From Desulfovibrio sp. (GTDB lineage: Bacteria; Desulfobacterota; Desulfovibrionia; Desulfovibrionales; Desulfovibrionaceae), in assembly GCA_031271265.1 (NCBI GenBank), contig JAISWB010000044.1, forward strand, positions 17,249 through 81,248: a stretch of 64,000 bases of DNA. The letters are read 5' to 3'. Numbering within the stretch: position 1 is the first letter of the stretch; each line of letters begins with the position of its first letter. The notes beneath the pieces are model-generated. The model was not told where the DNA came from, made no database searches, and was given only the letters and a program-made list of their open reading frames with translations. The translations under genes and the position numbers were made by a program. Shown here one piece after another: positions 9,901 through 26,376 of this stretch.

Positions 9901-10276
9901 GCTGCTCCGCGGTGTCGCCGCGGGCGCGGATCAAACTTTTCATGATCTGGATGAGCACGCGGCCCGTGTTGTAACGGAACGACCCGCGCGATGTGGACAG
10001 GACATCCGTGTGCAGGGACGCCAGAGCGCTGATGCGGTCCTTGGCGCGGCCCGCCTCCAGGGTGTCCAGCAGGCTTACCAGGGCGTGGGCCACGCGGATT
10101 TCCTGGGAAAGGGCAAGTTCCTTGATGCCGTGCGGGTGCAGGGCGTTGTAAAAGAGGCTGTAGTCCGGGTAGCCCGTGCCGTCCTGTATTCCGGCAGCGT
10201 GCTCCGGAAACCTGTTGACCATGTCGAGCAGCCGGTAGTCCTCGGCATCAAAAAATACGGATTTGAAACGCGCCAT
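6998..10276 (-). CDS. Large (1092 aa) multidomain membrane protein of unknown function
   Basis: Track ORF trimmed to ATG 10276 (MARFKSVFFD...), preceded by GGGAGG. It has a soluble N-terminal half, a P/Q/G/D low-complexity linker, about 6 hydrophobic helices (approx 7490..8050) and a helical C-terminal tail. I recognise no family. Confidence 0.8.
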   Translation of the reverse strand: MARFKSVFFDAEDYRLLDMVNRFPEHAAGIQDGTGYPDYSLFYNALHPHGIKELALSQEIRVAHALVSLLDTLEAGRAKDRISALASLHTDVLSTSRGSFRYNTGRVLIQIMKSLIRARGDTAEQLRLAHDFRRAASGKRRVVRKMLRRYYLLEMPEEWNQITYDHHVHDVNTKGRKSPTHLIMDAWIKGIRNLDVIYYNFVEPEAASELLEAADIMGIKVRVGVEFQAVFRGRPVQIVWEPRGFRDWRETVEFFRNDGAVLALAASGREATAYHHLYILRLLDSYNSSLRFAMGARYGVEPREISRGEFIAFVGQGQSSRTHLSDIIYRRIRDAVDARAAGEEPATAAGEEYARQKSAQELSPDFINREWLNRDRNPLVQPDVSPESREALPEIMRLTPAELVAKLTGVRSPSHIILNLCNLYVEDVLELLYLCRGMISHLEVYNLKNYAEGRMPDLEAVSELQYAINEGSAVALKRLIHNCRSRLSGGSDGDAAEAERPPADCGKDGRHPADCREYGILQAGRGQQFMPDVARPVHDPPPAHDGQQPPAPAGKAPASQLPAHDGQQGDGQQGDRLELFTEILRNIRTLRGFYSDRPLGLRIGSDSTSRSTLFLGMGFAFMETLPARTRRELNGQSFRHRFIPFVQDIKRIVTYTKPRHRAVGFSPTRLLSHLPFLDNLDKEKTSSWRADAKSARYRPGARVAVTLGGVSRDRLREDCGNRAAARPRRRLGPTYLNSVLSNTAKVVFGFLAAALTFRYTQEWWVLAWYGPVIWFAVTGFRNILQSVPAGGGLSRSTLLGWHDYLSWTRLCDSLMYTGISVPLLELLVRTCLLRDGMGIDALNSPVFFYFIMSMVNGLYIAGHNVFRGFPRTAAIGNLFRSALAVPVSVVYSRIALELCLHMGWPVIYLAMGAAVISKLASDTVAAMIEGWADKEEYLKLRSRDYTDSLARLFDCCERLEVLFPEENIADVLSRPGDPDSRAERGLASGVGREAADLKKIVILNALDMMYFWMYQPRARDTLKAMMKEMTEDERMTFAGAQLVLTRVREISRMLVDGLMGLDFARPLAFYLARREQYLEDMSRLTGVNLNQN
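8552..8653 (-). repeat. In-frame short tandem and dispersed repeats in the orphan protein linker
   Basis: gtcgccctgctgccc x2 (8552..8581) encodes GQQGD GQQGD. The 21-mer ctgctgcccgtcgtgcgcggg occurs twice 60 bp apart and encodes PAHDGQQ. Confidence 0.8.
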
Positions 10277-10404
10277 TTCCTCCCGTCTTCCTTGCGGGCC
10301 CGGCTTGGTTCGTGCTATGTGCGCAGCATATTCACACACAACCCGAAGGCGGTCAACTATGCCGCATGTGCGCGCCGATTGCATGCAACAGCGGGCTGCG
10401 GCCT

Positions 10405-12108
10405 ATGCTTGAATTCCTGCGCATCCGCAATCTGGCGCTCATTGAGGACCTGGAACTGGACTTCGCTCCGGGCATGAATGTGCTCACGGGCGAAACCGGA
10501 GCGGGCAAGAGTTTTATCCTCAAGGCTCTGAATTTTCTTACCGGCGAACGTCTCGTACCCGACCTGGTGCGCGCGGGCAGCGAAAAGGCCTCGGTGGAAG
10601 CCGTCTTCTACCTCGACGGCGAGGAACATGTCCTGCGCCGGGAATTGACCGCCGCGGGCGGGCGCAGCCGCATTTTCATCAACGACCGCCTCGGCACGCA
10701 GGAGAGCATGCGCGCCTTGCGAGCCCGCCTGATCCTGCACAGCGGCCAGCACGGGCAGCAGAAGCTGCTGCAGCCGTCCTTTCAGGCTGCCCTGCCGGAC
10801 GCCTTCATGCGCCGCCCGGAACTGGCGGCGGAAAAGGAGCGCCTCTGCGCGGAACTGGCCCGTTGCGCCGAACGCCTGCGGGCTTTGGATGCAACGCGGG
10901 CGGCCCTTGAAGACAAACGGGAACTCCTGGAATACCAGCGCGGGGAAATAGCCAAGGTCGCCCCGCGGCCGGGGGAAGAAGAAGAACTTGAAGAGCGCCG
11001 CACCGCGGCACGCCGGCGGGACGCCGTTGCCGAAAACGCCGGCCGGGCGCTGGCGCTCCTGAACGGGGGAGGGGAGAAGGGCGGCGTGCTGCAGGGACTG
11101 GCGGACCTGGAGCGCAGCCTGGAGGCTCTGGCGGCGGACGTGCCGGATTGCTCGCCTCTGGCGGAACACGCGGCTTCCGCGCGCATCGCGCTCCGGGACG
11201 CGGAAAAGCTCCTGCGCCGGGCGGCGCGCAACGCCCGGCAGGAAGAAGACGGCGAAGCCCTGGAAGCGCGCCTCTATGCTCTGGCCCAGCTTAAACGCAA
11301 ACTGCATCGGCCCCTGGACTCCATCCTGACCCTGCAGCGGGAAATAGCCGAAAATCTCGATTTTCTGGACCGTTGCGTTCTGGACCGCAAAAACATGGAG
11401 GCGGAGGAGCAGGAACTCTGCGCCGCTTTGGCGGACTTGCTGGCGGAACTCAACCCGGCCCGCCGGGAAGCGGCGGCGCGTTTGGCAGTTGCCTTGGAAG
11501 ACGAACTGAAGGGACTGGGATTTTCCGAACACCTGCGCGTTTCCTTTGAATTTTCATCCCGTCCCCTGCACGGCGACCGCGCGGACCTGCACGAGGAAAT
11601 TCCCCGCATTTTCTGGCAGCCTAACCCCGGACAGCCGGCCCAGCCTCTGGACCGCACAGCATCCGGCGGCGAACTTTCGCGCTTCCTGCTGGCCGTCGTC
11701 AGCCTGACGGGCAAGAACGCGCAGGAGCGGCCCACCTTGATTTTCGACGAGATCGACGCCGGCGTGGGCGGCCTGACTTTGAACCGCGTGGCCGACGGCT
11801 TGGAAAAGCTGGCCGCCTCGCGCCAGATGCTGCTCATTACCCACTGGCCGCAACTTGCCGCGCGGGCCGAGCGCCACTTCATCGTCAGCAAGGAGGTGCG
11901 CTGCGGGAGCACCTACACTCTGTGCCGCCCGGCCGCACCGGAGGATATCCCGGCGGAACTCGCGCGCATGGCCGGAGAGGAAAGTCCGGAGGATATCCCT
12001 GTGGAACCGGAGCGCGCGGCCGGGGAGGAAAGTCCGGAGGATATCCCTGTGGAACCGGAGCGCGCGGCCGGAGAGGAAAACCCCGAAGAAATCCCGGCTC
12101 ATCCCTGA
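10405..12108 (+). CDS. recN: DNA repair protein RecN
   Basis: Track ORF trimmed to ATG 10405 (MLEFLRIRNLALIEDLELDF, Walker A GETGAGKSF). Coiled-coil middle, and a C-terminal SGGELSR...LIFDEIDAGVGG. It has an unusual repeat tail. Confidence 0.9.
   Translation: MLEFLRIRNLALIEDLELDFAPGMNVLTGETGAGKSFILKALNFLTGERLVPDLVRAGSEKASVEAVFYLDGEEHVLRRELTAAGGRSRIFINDRLGTQESMRALRARLILHSGQHGQQKLLQPSFQAALPDAFMRRPELAAEKERLCAELARCAERLRALDATRAALEDKRELLEYQRGEIAKVAPRPGEEEELEERRTAARRRDAVAENAGRALALLNGGGEKGGVLQGLADLERSLEALAADVPDCSPLAEHAASARIALRDAEKLLRRAARNARQEEDGEALEARLYALAQLKRKLHRPLDSILTLQREIAENLDFLDRCVLDRKNMEAEEQELCAALADLLAELNPARREAAARLAVALEDELKGLGFSEHLRVSFEFSSRPLHGDRADLHEEIPRIFWQPNPGQPAQPLDRTASGGELSRFLLAVVSLTGKNAQERPTLIFDEIDAGVGGLTLNRVADGLEKLAASRQMLLITHWPQLAARAERHFIVSKEVRCGSTYTLCRPAAPEDIPAELARMAGEESPEDIPVEPERAAGEESPEDIPVEPERAAGEENPEEIPAHP
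11938..12108 (+). repeat. 48-bp in-frame tandem repeat x3.5 at the recN 3' end
   Basis: Units at 11938..11985, 11986..12033 and 12034..12081, plus a partial unit. Units 2 and 3 differ at only a few positions. They encode PEDIPVEPERAAGEES. Confidence 0.9.
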
Positions 12109-12212
12109 TGAGAGGGGTTCGGGGTCGGCCCTGCGCCTGCTCGGGCCGAAAGTTCGGTGCAGAGCTCCGGCAGTTGGACATCTCCTGAAAAAAAATTTCG
12201 CAAAAAAAGTTC

Positions 12213-12241
12213 TTGCCGAATATCGAAATCCGCGCTACAAG
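12213..12241 (+). promoter_or_regulatory. Candidate sigma-70 promoter for rpoBC
   Basis: TTGCCG-N17-TACAAG, preceded by an A-rich UP-like tract (gaaaaaaaatttcgcaaaaaaag). Confidence 0.3.
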
Positions 12242-12334
12242 TATTCGCTTGTGACACAGCCTTCTGACACTGCTGTAAAATCGGGCTGCAGGTGCTTGTA
12301 TCCCTTTTCGCATAAATGATCGTCGTCGGTTCGA

Positions 12335-12357
12335 CCCGGCGCGCTTTGCGCGCCGGG
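12335..12357 (+). promoter_or_regulatory. Perfect 10-bp GC hairpin in the rpoB leader (possible attenuator)
   Basis: cccggcgcgc-ttt-gcgcgccggg. A T-rich stretch (ttctattgtttt) begins about 10 nt downstream. Confidence 0.4.
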
Positions 12358-12420
12358 CGGTGCCGTTCTATTGTTTTGCGGAAGGAGCGGGCTCCCTCCC
12401 TACCTTCCCAGAGGTGAATC

Positions 12421-16734
<4,314 letters not shown>

Positions 16735-16809
16735 CGCATCTGTCGCACGACAAAGCGTCGCGCGTTTACCGTCAACAGAAATGGTTTTTGAACAACGGCA
16801 GGTATCGGC

Positions 16810-20967
<4,158 letters not shown>

Positions 20968-20988
20968 GGCAGGCAAAGGTGAGGCGCC

Positions 20989-21237
20989 GTGAAATACATA
21001 CTCTGTGAAGATTTTGCGGGCCGGCCCGTCCCCTTTCTCTTCCCCGGCCGCGTAGCGCATCAGGACATGCGCGAGCAGCTTCCCTATGCGCGGGTGCTGT
21101 CCGCCGGCTACATAGTTCTGGAAGGAGGGCGCTTCGTCTGCTCGGGAGGCGATGCGGAAGTCGGCGCGCATTCCCGGTCTGAAGACGCTGAATGTATTGC
21201 TGCCTTTTTCAGGCCCGCGGACAATGACAAAGGCTGA
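20989..21237 (+). CDS. Small hypothetical protein (82 aa) between rpoC and rpsL
   Basis: GTG start preceded by AAAGGTGAGG. It lies 21 nt after the rpoC stop on the same strand. No family recognised. Confidence 0.55.
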   Translation: MKYILCEDFAGRPVPFLFPGRVAHQDMREQLPYARVLSAGYIVLEGGRFVCSGGDAEVGAHSRSEDAECIAAFFRPADNDKG

Positions 21238-21281
21238 CGCCGCCCGCGGAACGGAAATTGTTGCACGGGCGTTTTCCGCGC

Positions 21282-21310
21282 TTGACAGCGCCGGGCTAAC
21301 GGGCTATATG
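21282..21310 (+). promoter_or_regulatory. Strong sigma-70-like promoter for rpsL-rpsG-fusA
   Basis: TTGACA-N17-TATATG. It implies a leader of about 225 nt before the rpsL ATG. Confidence 0.55.
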
Positions 21311-21544
21311 CCCCCACTTGCCCGGCCGATAAAGTCCGAAAGAAGGCGTTGTGCCGTGTCCGGTGTTGAAAGGGGCGGCGTTTACGGGCGTAACGGGCCT
21401 TGAAGTTGATCGGAAATTCCTGCATGGTTTACGACCTCTCCCTTCAGGGAGGGGCAATATACCCGGCTCCGACCCGTCTGGACGGAGCCTGCCGGCGGAA
21501 GGAGCCGGATGTGGATAGAAACGCGTGTTTACCCGGAGGAAATG

Positions 21545-21916
21545 ATGCCCACCATCAATCAGCTTATACGCAAAGAGCGCAAGGCTGTTCTGAAACGCAG
21601 GAAGACCCCCGCGCTGCAGGCTTGCCCGCAACGGCGCGGCGTCTGTACGCGCGTCTACACGACCACGCCGAAAAAACCTAATTCCGCCTTGCGCAAGGTC
21701 GCCCGCGTGCGCCTGACCAACGGCATGGAAGTCACCGCCTATATACCCGGCGAAGGCCACAACCTGCAGGAGCACTCCGTGGTCATGATCCGCGGCGGAC
21801 GCGTTAAGGATCTTCCCGGTGTGCGTTATCATATCGTGCGCGGCACGCTTGACGCCGCAGGTGTCGGCGACCGCCGCAAAAGCCGTTCCAAATACGGCGC
21901 CAAACGTCCGAAGTAG
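21545..21916 (+). CDS. rpsL: 30S ribosomal protein S12
   Basis: Trimmed to [13 protein letters not shown].... 123 aa. Confidence 0.97.
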   Translation: MPTINQLIRKERKAVLKRRKTPALQACPQRRGVCTRVYTTTPKKPNSALRKVARVRLTNGMEVTAYIPGEGHNLQEHSVVMIRGGRVKDLPGVRYHIVRGTLDAAGVGDRRKSRSKYGAKRPK

Positions 21917-21939
21917 GCTTGCCGTCGAGGAGATGCCCC

Positions 21940-22410
21940 ATGCCGCGCAAAGGTTCCGTTCCCAAAAGAGAAATTCTTCCCGATCCCATCTACAACAGCC
22001 GGCTGGCCGCCCGTTTTATCAACAGGCTGATGTACAACGGCAAAAAAGGCGTGGCCGAAAAAATTTTTTACGCCGCCCTTGCCGCGCTGGGGGAAAAAAC
22101 CTCCGATGAGCCGCTTCGCGCTTTCGAAAAAGCCGTGGACAACGTCAAGCCGCATCAGGAAGTCAAGGCGCGCCGCGTCGGCGGAGCGACCTACCAGGTA
22201 CCCATGGATGTGCGTCCCGACCGTCAGATTTCGCTTTCCATACGCTGGTTGATCAACCATGCCCGGGGACGCGGCGAAAAAAATATGACCGGCAAACTTA
22301 CGGCCGAATTTCTGGATGCCTACAACAACCGCGGCGGGGCCGTGAAAAAACGCGAAGACACGCACCGCATGGCCGAAGCCAACAAAGCCTTCGCCCACTA
22401 CCGCTGGTAG
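21940..22410 (+). CDS. rpsG: 30S ribosomal protein S7
   Basis: Trimmed to [20 protein letters not shown].... 156 aa. Confidence 0.97.
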   Translation: MPRKGSVPKREILPDPIYNSRLAARFINRLMYNGKKGVAEKIFYAALAALGEKTSDEPLRAFEKAVDNVKPHQEVKARRVGGATYQVPMDVRPDRQISLSIRWLINHARGRGEKNMTGKLTAEFLDAYNNRGGAVKKREDTHRMAEANKAFAHYRW

Positions 22411-22510
22411 ATCCGACCCTGTTTTTTGCCGCCGCGCGGCGGCAGCGCCGTTGCCGGCCGGAACGCGTCTTTGCTGCGCGCCGGCTGGGAAAACGGCGTT
22501 TTATTCGGAT

Positions 22511-22548
22511 TGCAAATCAAAGCCGCATCCATGCGGTGTTGATTTGCA
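22511..22548 (+). other. 38-nt near-perfect hairpin in the rpsG-fusA spacer
   Basis: tgcaaatcaaagccgcat-cc-atgcggtgttgatttgca. 16 of 18 arm positions are complementary. Confidence 0.6.
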
Positions 22549-22704
22549 GGCTGCGGCGGGAATGTTGTCCCGCCTTGCCTCGCTAAATGTTTCGCATTTC
22601 GGCGCGACTTACATGTCGCGCTTTCCGGTTCCAAACAAAAATTACGACTGTTTTTATCCGGAATTGGAATGAATTTTCTTGCAGCAAGGCACTAGAGTGC
22701 CCGC

Positions 22705-24789
22705 ATGGAGAATACCGTGTCCCGTAAAACTCCCCTTGCCGATCAGCGCAACTTCGGCATAATGGCCCACATAGACGCCGGCAAAACCACAACCACGGAG
22801 CGCATCCTGTTCTATACGGGGGTTTCCCACAAAATCGGCGAAACTCACGAGGGCGAAGCCGTCATGGACTGGATGGCACAGGAACAGGAGCGCGGCATCA
22901 CCATCACTTCTGCCGCCACCACCTGCTTCTGGCGCGGCTGCCGCCTGAACATCATCGACACTCCCGGACATGTGGATTTCACGATGGAGGTGGAACGCTC
23001 CCTGCGCGTTCTGGACGGCGCCGTGGCCGTATTCGACGCCGTGGCCGGCGTCGAGCCGCAGTCCGAAACCGTCTGGCGCCAGGCCGACAGGTACGGCGTG
23101 CCCCGCATCTGCTTCGTGAACAAAATGGACAGGGTGGGAGCAAACTACGAGCGCTGCCTGGAGATGATCCGCGACCGCCTCAAGGCCAAGGCCGTGTCCC
23201 TGCAAATCCCCATCGGAAGCGAAGACAAGTTCGCCGGTGTGGTGGACCTCGTCGCCTGCAAGGCAATTTTCTTCGACAAGGCCAGTAAGGGCGCGGAATT
23301 CACCGTCACCGACGTCCCGCCCGAACTTCGGGAGGAACTCGAACTGCAACGGACGGTCCTTCTGGACGCCGTTGCCGAAGAGGATGAGGCGTTGCTCGAC
23401 AAGTATCTGGGCGGGGAACCCTTCAGCGACGACGAACTCCGTTCCTATATCCGCAAAGCCACCGTTTCCCGCAAAATCGTGCCCATACTCTGCGGTTCGG
23501 CCTTCCGCAACATGGGAGTGCAGCCCCTGCTCGACGCCGTGGTGGACTACCTTCCTTCCCCTACGGACATCGCGCAGATTGAAGGCGTATCGCCGCACGA
23601 CGAGGAAAAACGCATCGTCTGCCGCGCCGACGATACCGAGCCGCCGGCCGGCTTGGTCTTCAAGCTTTTTTCCGACCCCTATGTCGGGCATCTGTCGTTT
23701 TTCCGCATCTATTCCGGCACTATAGAATCGGGGATGAGCGTACTCAACGCCAACACCGGGCGCAAGGAGCGCATCGGCCGCCTGCTGCAGATGCACGCCA
23801 ACAAGCGGGAGGAAATAAAATGGGCCGGCGCGGGCGACATCGTGGCCATAGTCGGGCTGAAACAGGTGTCGACCGGAGACACGCTCTGCGACCCGGACCG
23901 CCCCGTGCGCCTGGAGTCCCTGGATATTCCGGAACCCGTCATCGAAGTCGCCATCGAACCCAAAACCAAGGCCGACAGGGATGCCCTCTCCGCCGCCCTG
24001 TCCAAGCTGGCCAAGGAAGATCCTTCTTTCAGGGTCAAGGGCAACGAGGAAACAGGCCAGACCCTGATTGCAGGCATGGGCGAGCTGCACCTTGAAATCA
24101 TCGTGGATCGCCTGACCCGCGAGTTCAACGTCAACGCCAATGTGGGCAAACCGCAGGTGGCTTACCGCGAAACCATAAGCAAACCCGCCGGGTCCGACCT
24201 CAAGTATGCAAAACAGTCCGGCGGACGCGGTCAGTACGGCCACGTCGTCATTGAGATCGAGCCCAACCCCGAGAAGGGCTACGAGTTCGTCAACCGCATC
24301 ACCGGCGGCGTCATTCCCAAGGAATACATTCCCCCTGTGGACAAGGGCATGCAGGATGCGCTGAAAAGCGGCGTCCTGGCCGGGTTTCCCACCGTAGACG
24401 TCAAGGTGAACCTCGTGTTCGGCTCATACCACGATGTGGATTCCTCGGAGCAGGCCTTTTACATAGCCGGTTCCATGGCCGTCAAGGAAGCCCTGGGCAA
24501 GGCGGGACCGCTGCTGCTTGAGCCGGTCATGGACGTGGAAGTGGTAACTCCGGATGACTATGTGGGCGATGTCATGGGCGACCTGAACAGCCGGCGCGGC
24601 CGAGTGCAGAGCATGGAAAGCCGGCCCGGCTCCCAGAGCGTGCGCGCCCTTGTGCCCTTGGCTGAAATGTTCGGCTACGCCACGGACCTGCGCTCGCGCA
24701 CCCAGGGGCGCGCCACCTTCACCATGCAGTTCCACCACTATGAGCGCGTCCCGCAGCAGTTGGCCGAAGAACTGGTCAAAAAACGCTGA
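22705..24789 (+). CDS. fusA: Translation elongation factor G
   Basis: [27 protein letters not shown], and full EF-G domain order. An alternative start is GTG 22717 (VSRKTPL), with GGAG 6 nt upstream. Confidence 0.95.
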   Translation: MENTVSRKTPLADQRNFGIMAHIDAGKTTTTERILFYTGVSHKIGETHEGEAVMDWMAQEQERGITITSAATTCFWRGCRLNIIDTPGHVDFTMEVERSLRVLDGAVAVFDAVAGVEPQSETVWRQADRYGVPRICFVNKMDRVGANYERCLEMIRDRLKAKAVSLQIPIGSEDKFAGVVDLVACKAIFFDKASKGAEFTVTDVPPELREELELQRTVLLDAVAEEDEALLDKYLGGEPFSDDELRSYIRKATVSRKIVPILCGSAFRNMGVQPLLDAVVDYLPSPTDIAQIEGVSPHDEEKRIVCRADDTEPPAGLVFKLFSDPYVGHLSFFRIYSGTIESGMSVLNANTGRKERIGRLLQMHANKREEIKWAGAGDIVAIVGLKQVSTGDTLCDPDRPVRLESLDIPEPVIEVAIEPKTKADRDALSAALSKLAKEDPSFRVKGNEETGQTLIAGMGELHLEIIVDRLTREFNVNANVGKPQVAYRETISKPAGSDLKYAKQSGGRGQYGHVVIEIEPNPEKGYEFVNRITGGVIPKEYIPPVDKGMQDALKSGVLAGFPTVDVKVNLVFGSYHDVDSSEQAFYIAGSMAVKEALGKAGPLLLEPVMDVEVVTPDDYVGDVMGDLNSRRGRVQSMESRPGSQSVRALVPLAEMFGYATDLRSRTQGRATFTMQFHHYERVPQQLAEELVKKR

Positions 24790-24848
24790 CCCGTCCGGCG
24801 GTCGAGATTTCCGTCCAGAACCTCGCCGGGAATCTGTCCCGGACCCTG

Positions 24849-24880
24849 CCGGGGGGAATGATTCCCCCCGGACCCCTCCA
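24849..24880. repeat. Copy B of the palindromic intergenic repeat, with a perfect 23-nt palindrome
   Basis: ccggggggaat-g-attccccccgg (24849..24871), then acccctcca. A 10-bp palindrome atctgcagat lies at 24888..24897. It sits between convergent fusA and htrA. Confidence 0.75.
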
Positions 24881-24930
24881 TAGGGTTATCTGCAGATTCA
24901 AACTCTACTGCGCCTGCCGGGCCGCCGGCG

Positions 24931-26376
24931 TCATTTACTCTTGTTCAGGTCTATGGCTTTGAAGAACACCTTGCCCTGACGTGAAATGTGCAGCACGACC
25001 GCGCCGCGCTGTTTTCCCGCCTTGCTTATTTCCGTGTTGAATTCCATCGTCGACTGCACGGCACGCATGTTCACGGCGGTGATGACGTCGCCGGCCTGCA
25101 GACCGGCTTTGCCCGCCGGGCCTTTTTCATCGACGGACACAATAAGCAGGCCGGCGGTGCTGTTCAGATTGAAACGCCGCATGTCTTCCTGAGTCACGGG
25201 ACGCACCTTCAGCCCGAGCGGATTTCCCGCGGAAGGCGTGCTTTTGTCGCCTTTGCCGCCGGAAGCGCTCAACCCGCTGCCGCGTTCGGCCACCGTGAGG
25301 GTCAGGGTCACTTCCGCGGCATCGCGCCACACGGTGATCTGCGCGGTGCTGCCCGGCATCAGCAGGGCCACGGCGCGCAACAACTGCTCCGTGTTCTCGA
25401 TTTTTTCCTTGTTGACGGCAAGGATGACATCACCTTCCCTGATGCCCGCCTCGGCCGCAGGCTGGCCGGCATGCACGGTGTTCACCAGCGCTCCCTTGTT
25501 GTCTTTCATGCCCAGGGCCTTGGCCATGGCGTCGTCCACGTTCTGGATGGTCACGCCCAGCCAGCCCCGGCTGACTTTCTTGTGTTCTTTGAGATCGCTG
25601 ATGATGCGCTTGGCCATGCCGGAGGGAATGGCAAAGCCGATGCCCTGGGCGCGTTGGGCTATGGCGGTGTTGATACCCACCACGTCGCCGTTCATGTTGA
25701 GCAGGGGGCCGCCGCTGTTGCCCCGGTTGATGGAGGCGTCGGTCTGCAGGAAATCGTCGTACGAGCCGGACTGAATGTTGCGGCCCTTGGCGGACACTAT
25801 GCCGGCGGTGACCGTGTGATCCAGACCGAGGGGGCTGCCTATGGCCAGCACCCATTCACCGACCTCCAGCCCCTCGGAGTCGCCGAAGCTGAGAAAGGGC
25901 AGGTTGTTTCCGTTGATTTTCAACAGGGCCAGATCCGTTTCCGGGTCGGTGCCCACCAGTTCGGCCGTGTACTTGTTGTCTTCCTTGTTTTTGCCGCCGA
26001 GATGCACGGTGATGACATCGGCGCCTTCGACGACATGATTGTTCGTAACAATATAGCCGTCGGAGGAAATGATGAAGCCTGAGCCGAGGGAATGCGAGGT
26101 GCGCGGGCGCGACGGCGCGCCGCGGTTGTAAAAGTCCTCAAAGGGGCCGAAAAATCGCTCCATATCCGGATGTCCCCGGAAAAAATCAAAGGGGTTGCCG
26201 AAAGAGCGGACTTCTTCCGTGCGTTCCGTACTGACGTTGACGACGGCCGGGACGGCCGCCTTGACCAGATTGCGGAAGTCCGCCGGCGGCGCCGCGGCCG
26301 GGGCCGGAGAGGCGGAAAACAGGGCAACAAGCAGCAGCAGGGCAACGCCTGCGGGGAAAAAATGTCTTCGGATCAT
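24931..26376 (-). CDS. htrA: Periplasmic serine endoprotease HtrA/DegP/DegQ family (two PDZ domains)
   Basis: Trimmed to MIRRHFFPAGVALLLL (signal peptide). Catalytic contexts TNNHVV, DLALLKI, GNSGGPLLN. 481 aa. Confidence 0.9.
   Translation of the reverse strand: MIRRHFFPAGVALLLLVALFSASPAPAAAPPADFRNLVKAAVPAVVNVSTERTEEVRSFGNPFDFFRGHPDMERFFGPFEDFYNRGAPSRPRTSHSLGSGFIISSDGYIVTNNHVVEGADVITVHLGGKNKEDNKYTAELVGTDPETDLALLKINGNNLPFLSFGDSEGLEVGEWVLAIGSPLGLDHTVTAGIVSAKGRNIQSGSYDDFLQTDASINRGNSGGPLLNMNGDVVGINTAIAQRAQGIGFAIPSGMAKRIISDLKEHKKVSRGWLGVTIQNVDDAMAKALGMKDNKGALVNTVHAGQPAAEAGIREGDVILAVNKEKIENTEQLLRAVALLMPGSTAQITVWRDAAEVTLTLTVAERGSGLSASGGKGDKSTPSAGNPLGLKVRPVTQEDMRRFNLNSTAGLLIVSVDEKGPAGKAGLQAGDVITAVNMRAVQSTMEFNTEISKAGKQRGAVVLHISRQGKVFFKAIDLNKSK

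Noticed and set aside
11938-12108. Tandem repeats (recN, addA, mltB, ccp upstream, hisD upstream) considered as possible CRISPR arrays.
   Set aside because: The repeats are directly adjacent or separated by non-unique short sequence, number only 2-3.5 copies, and are mostly in frame within genes. There are no cas genes. They are not CRISPR.
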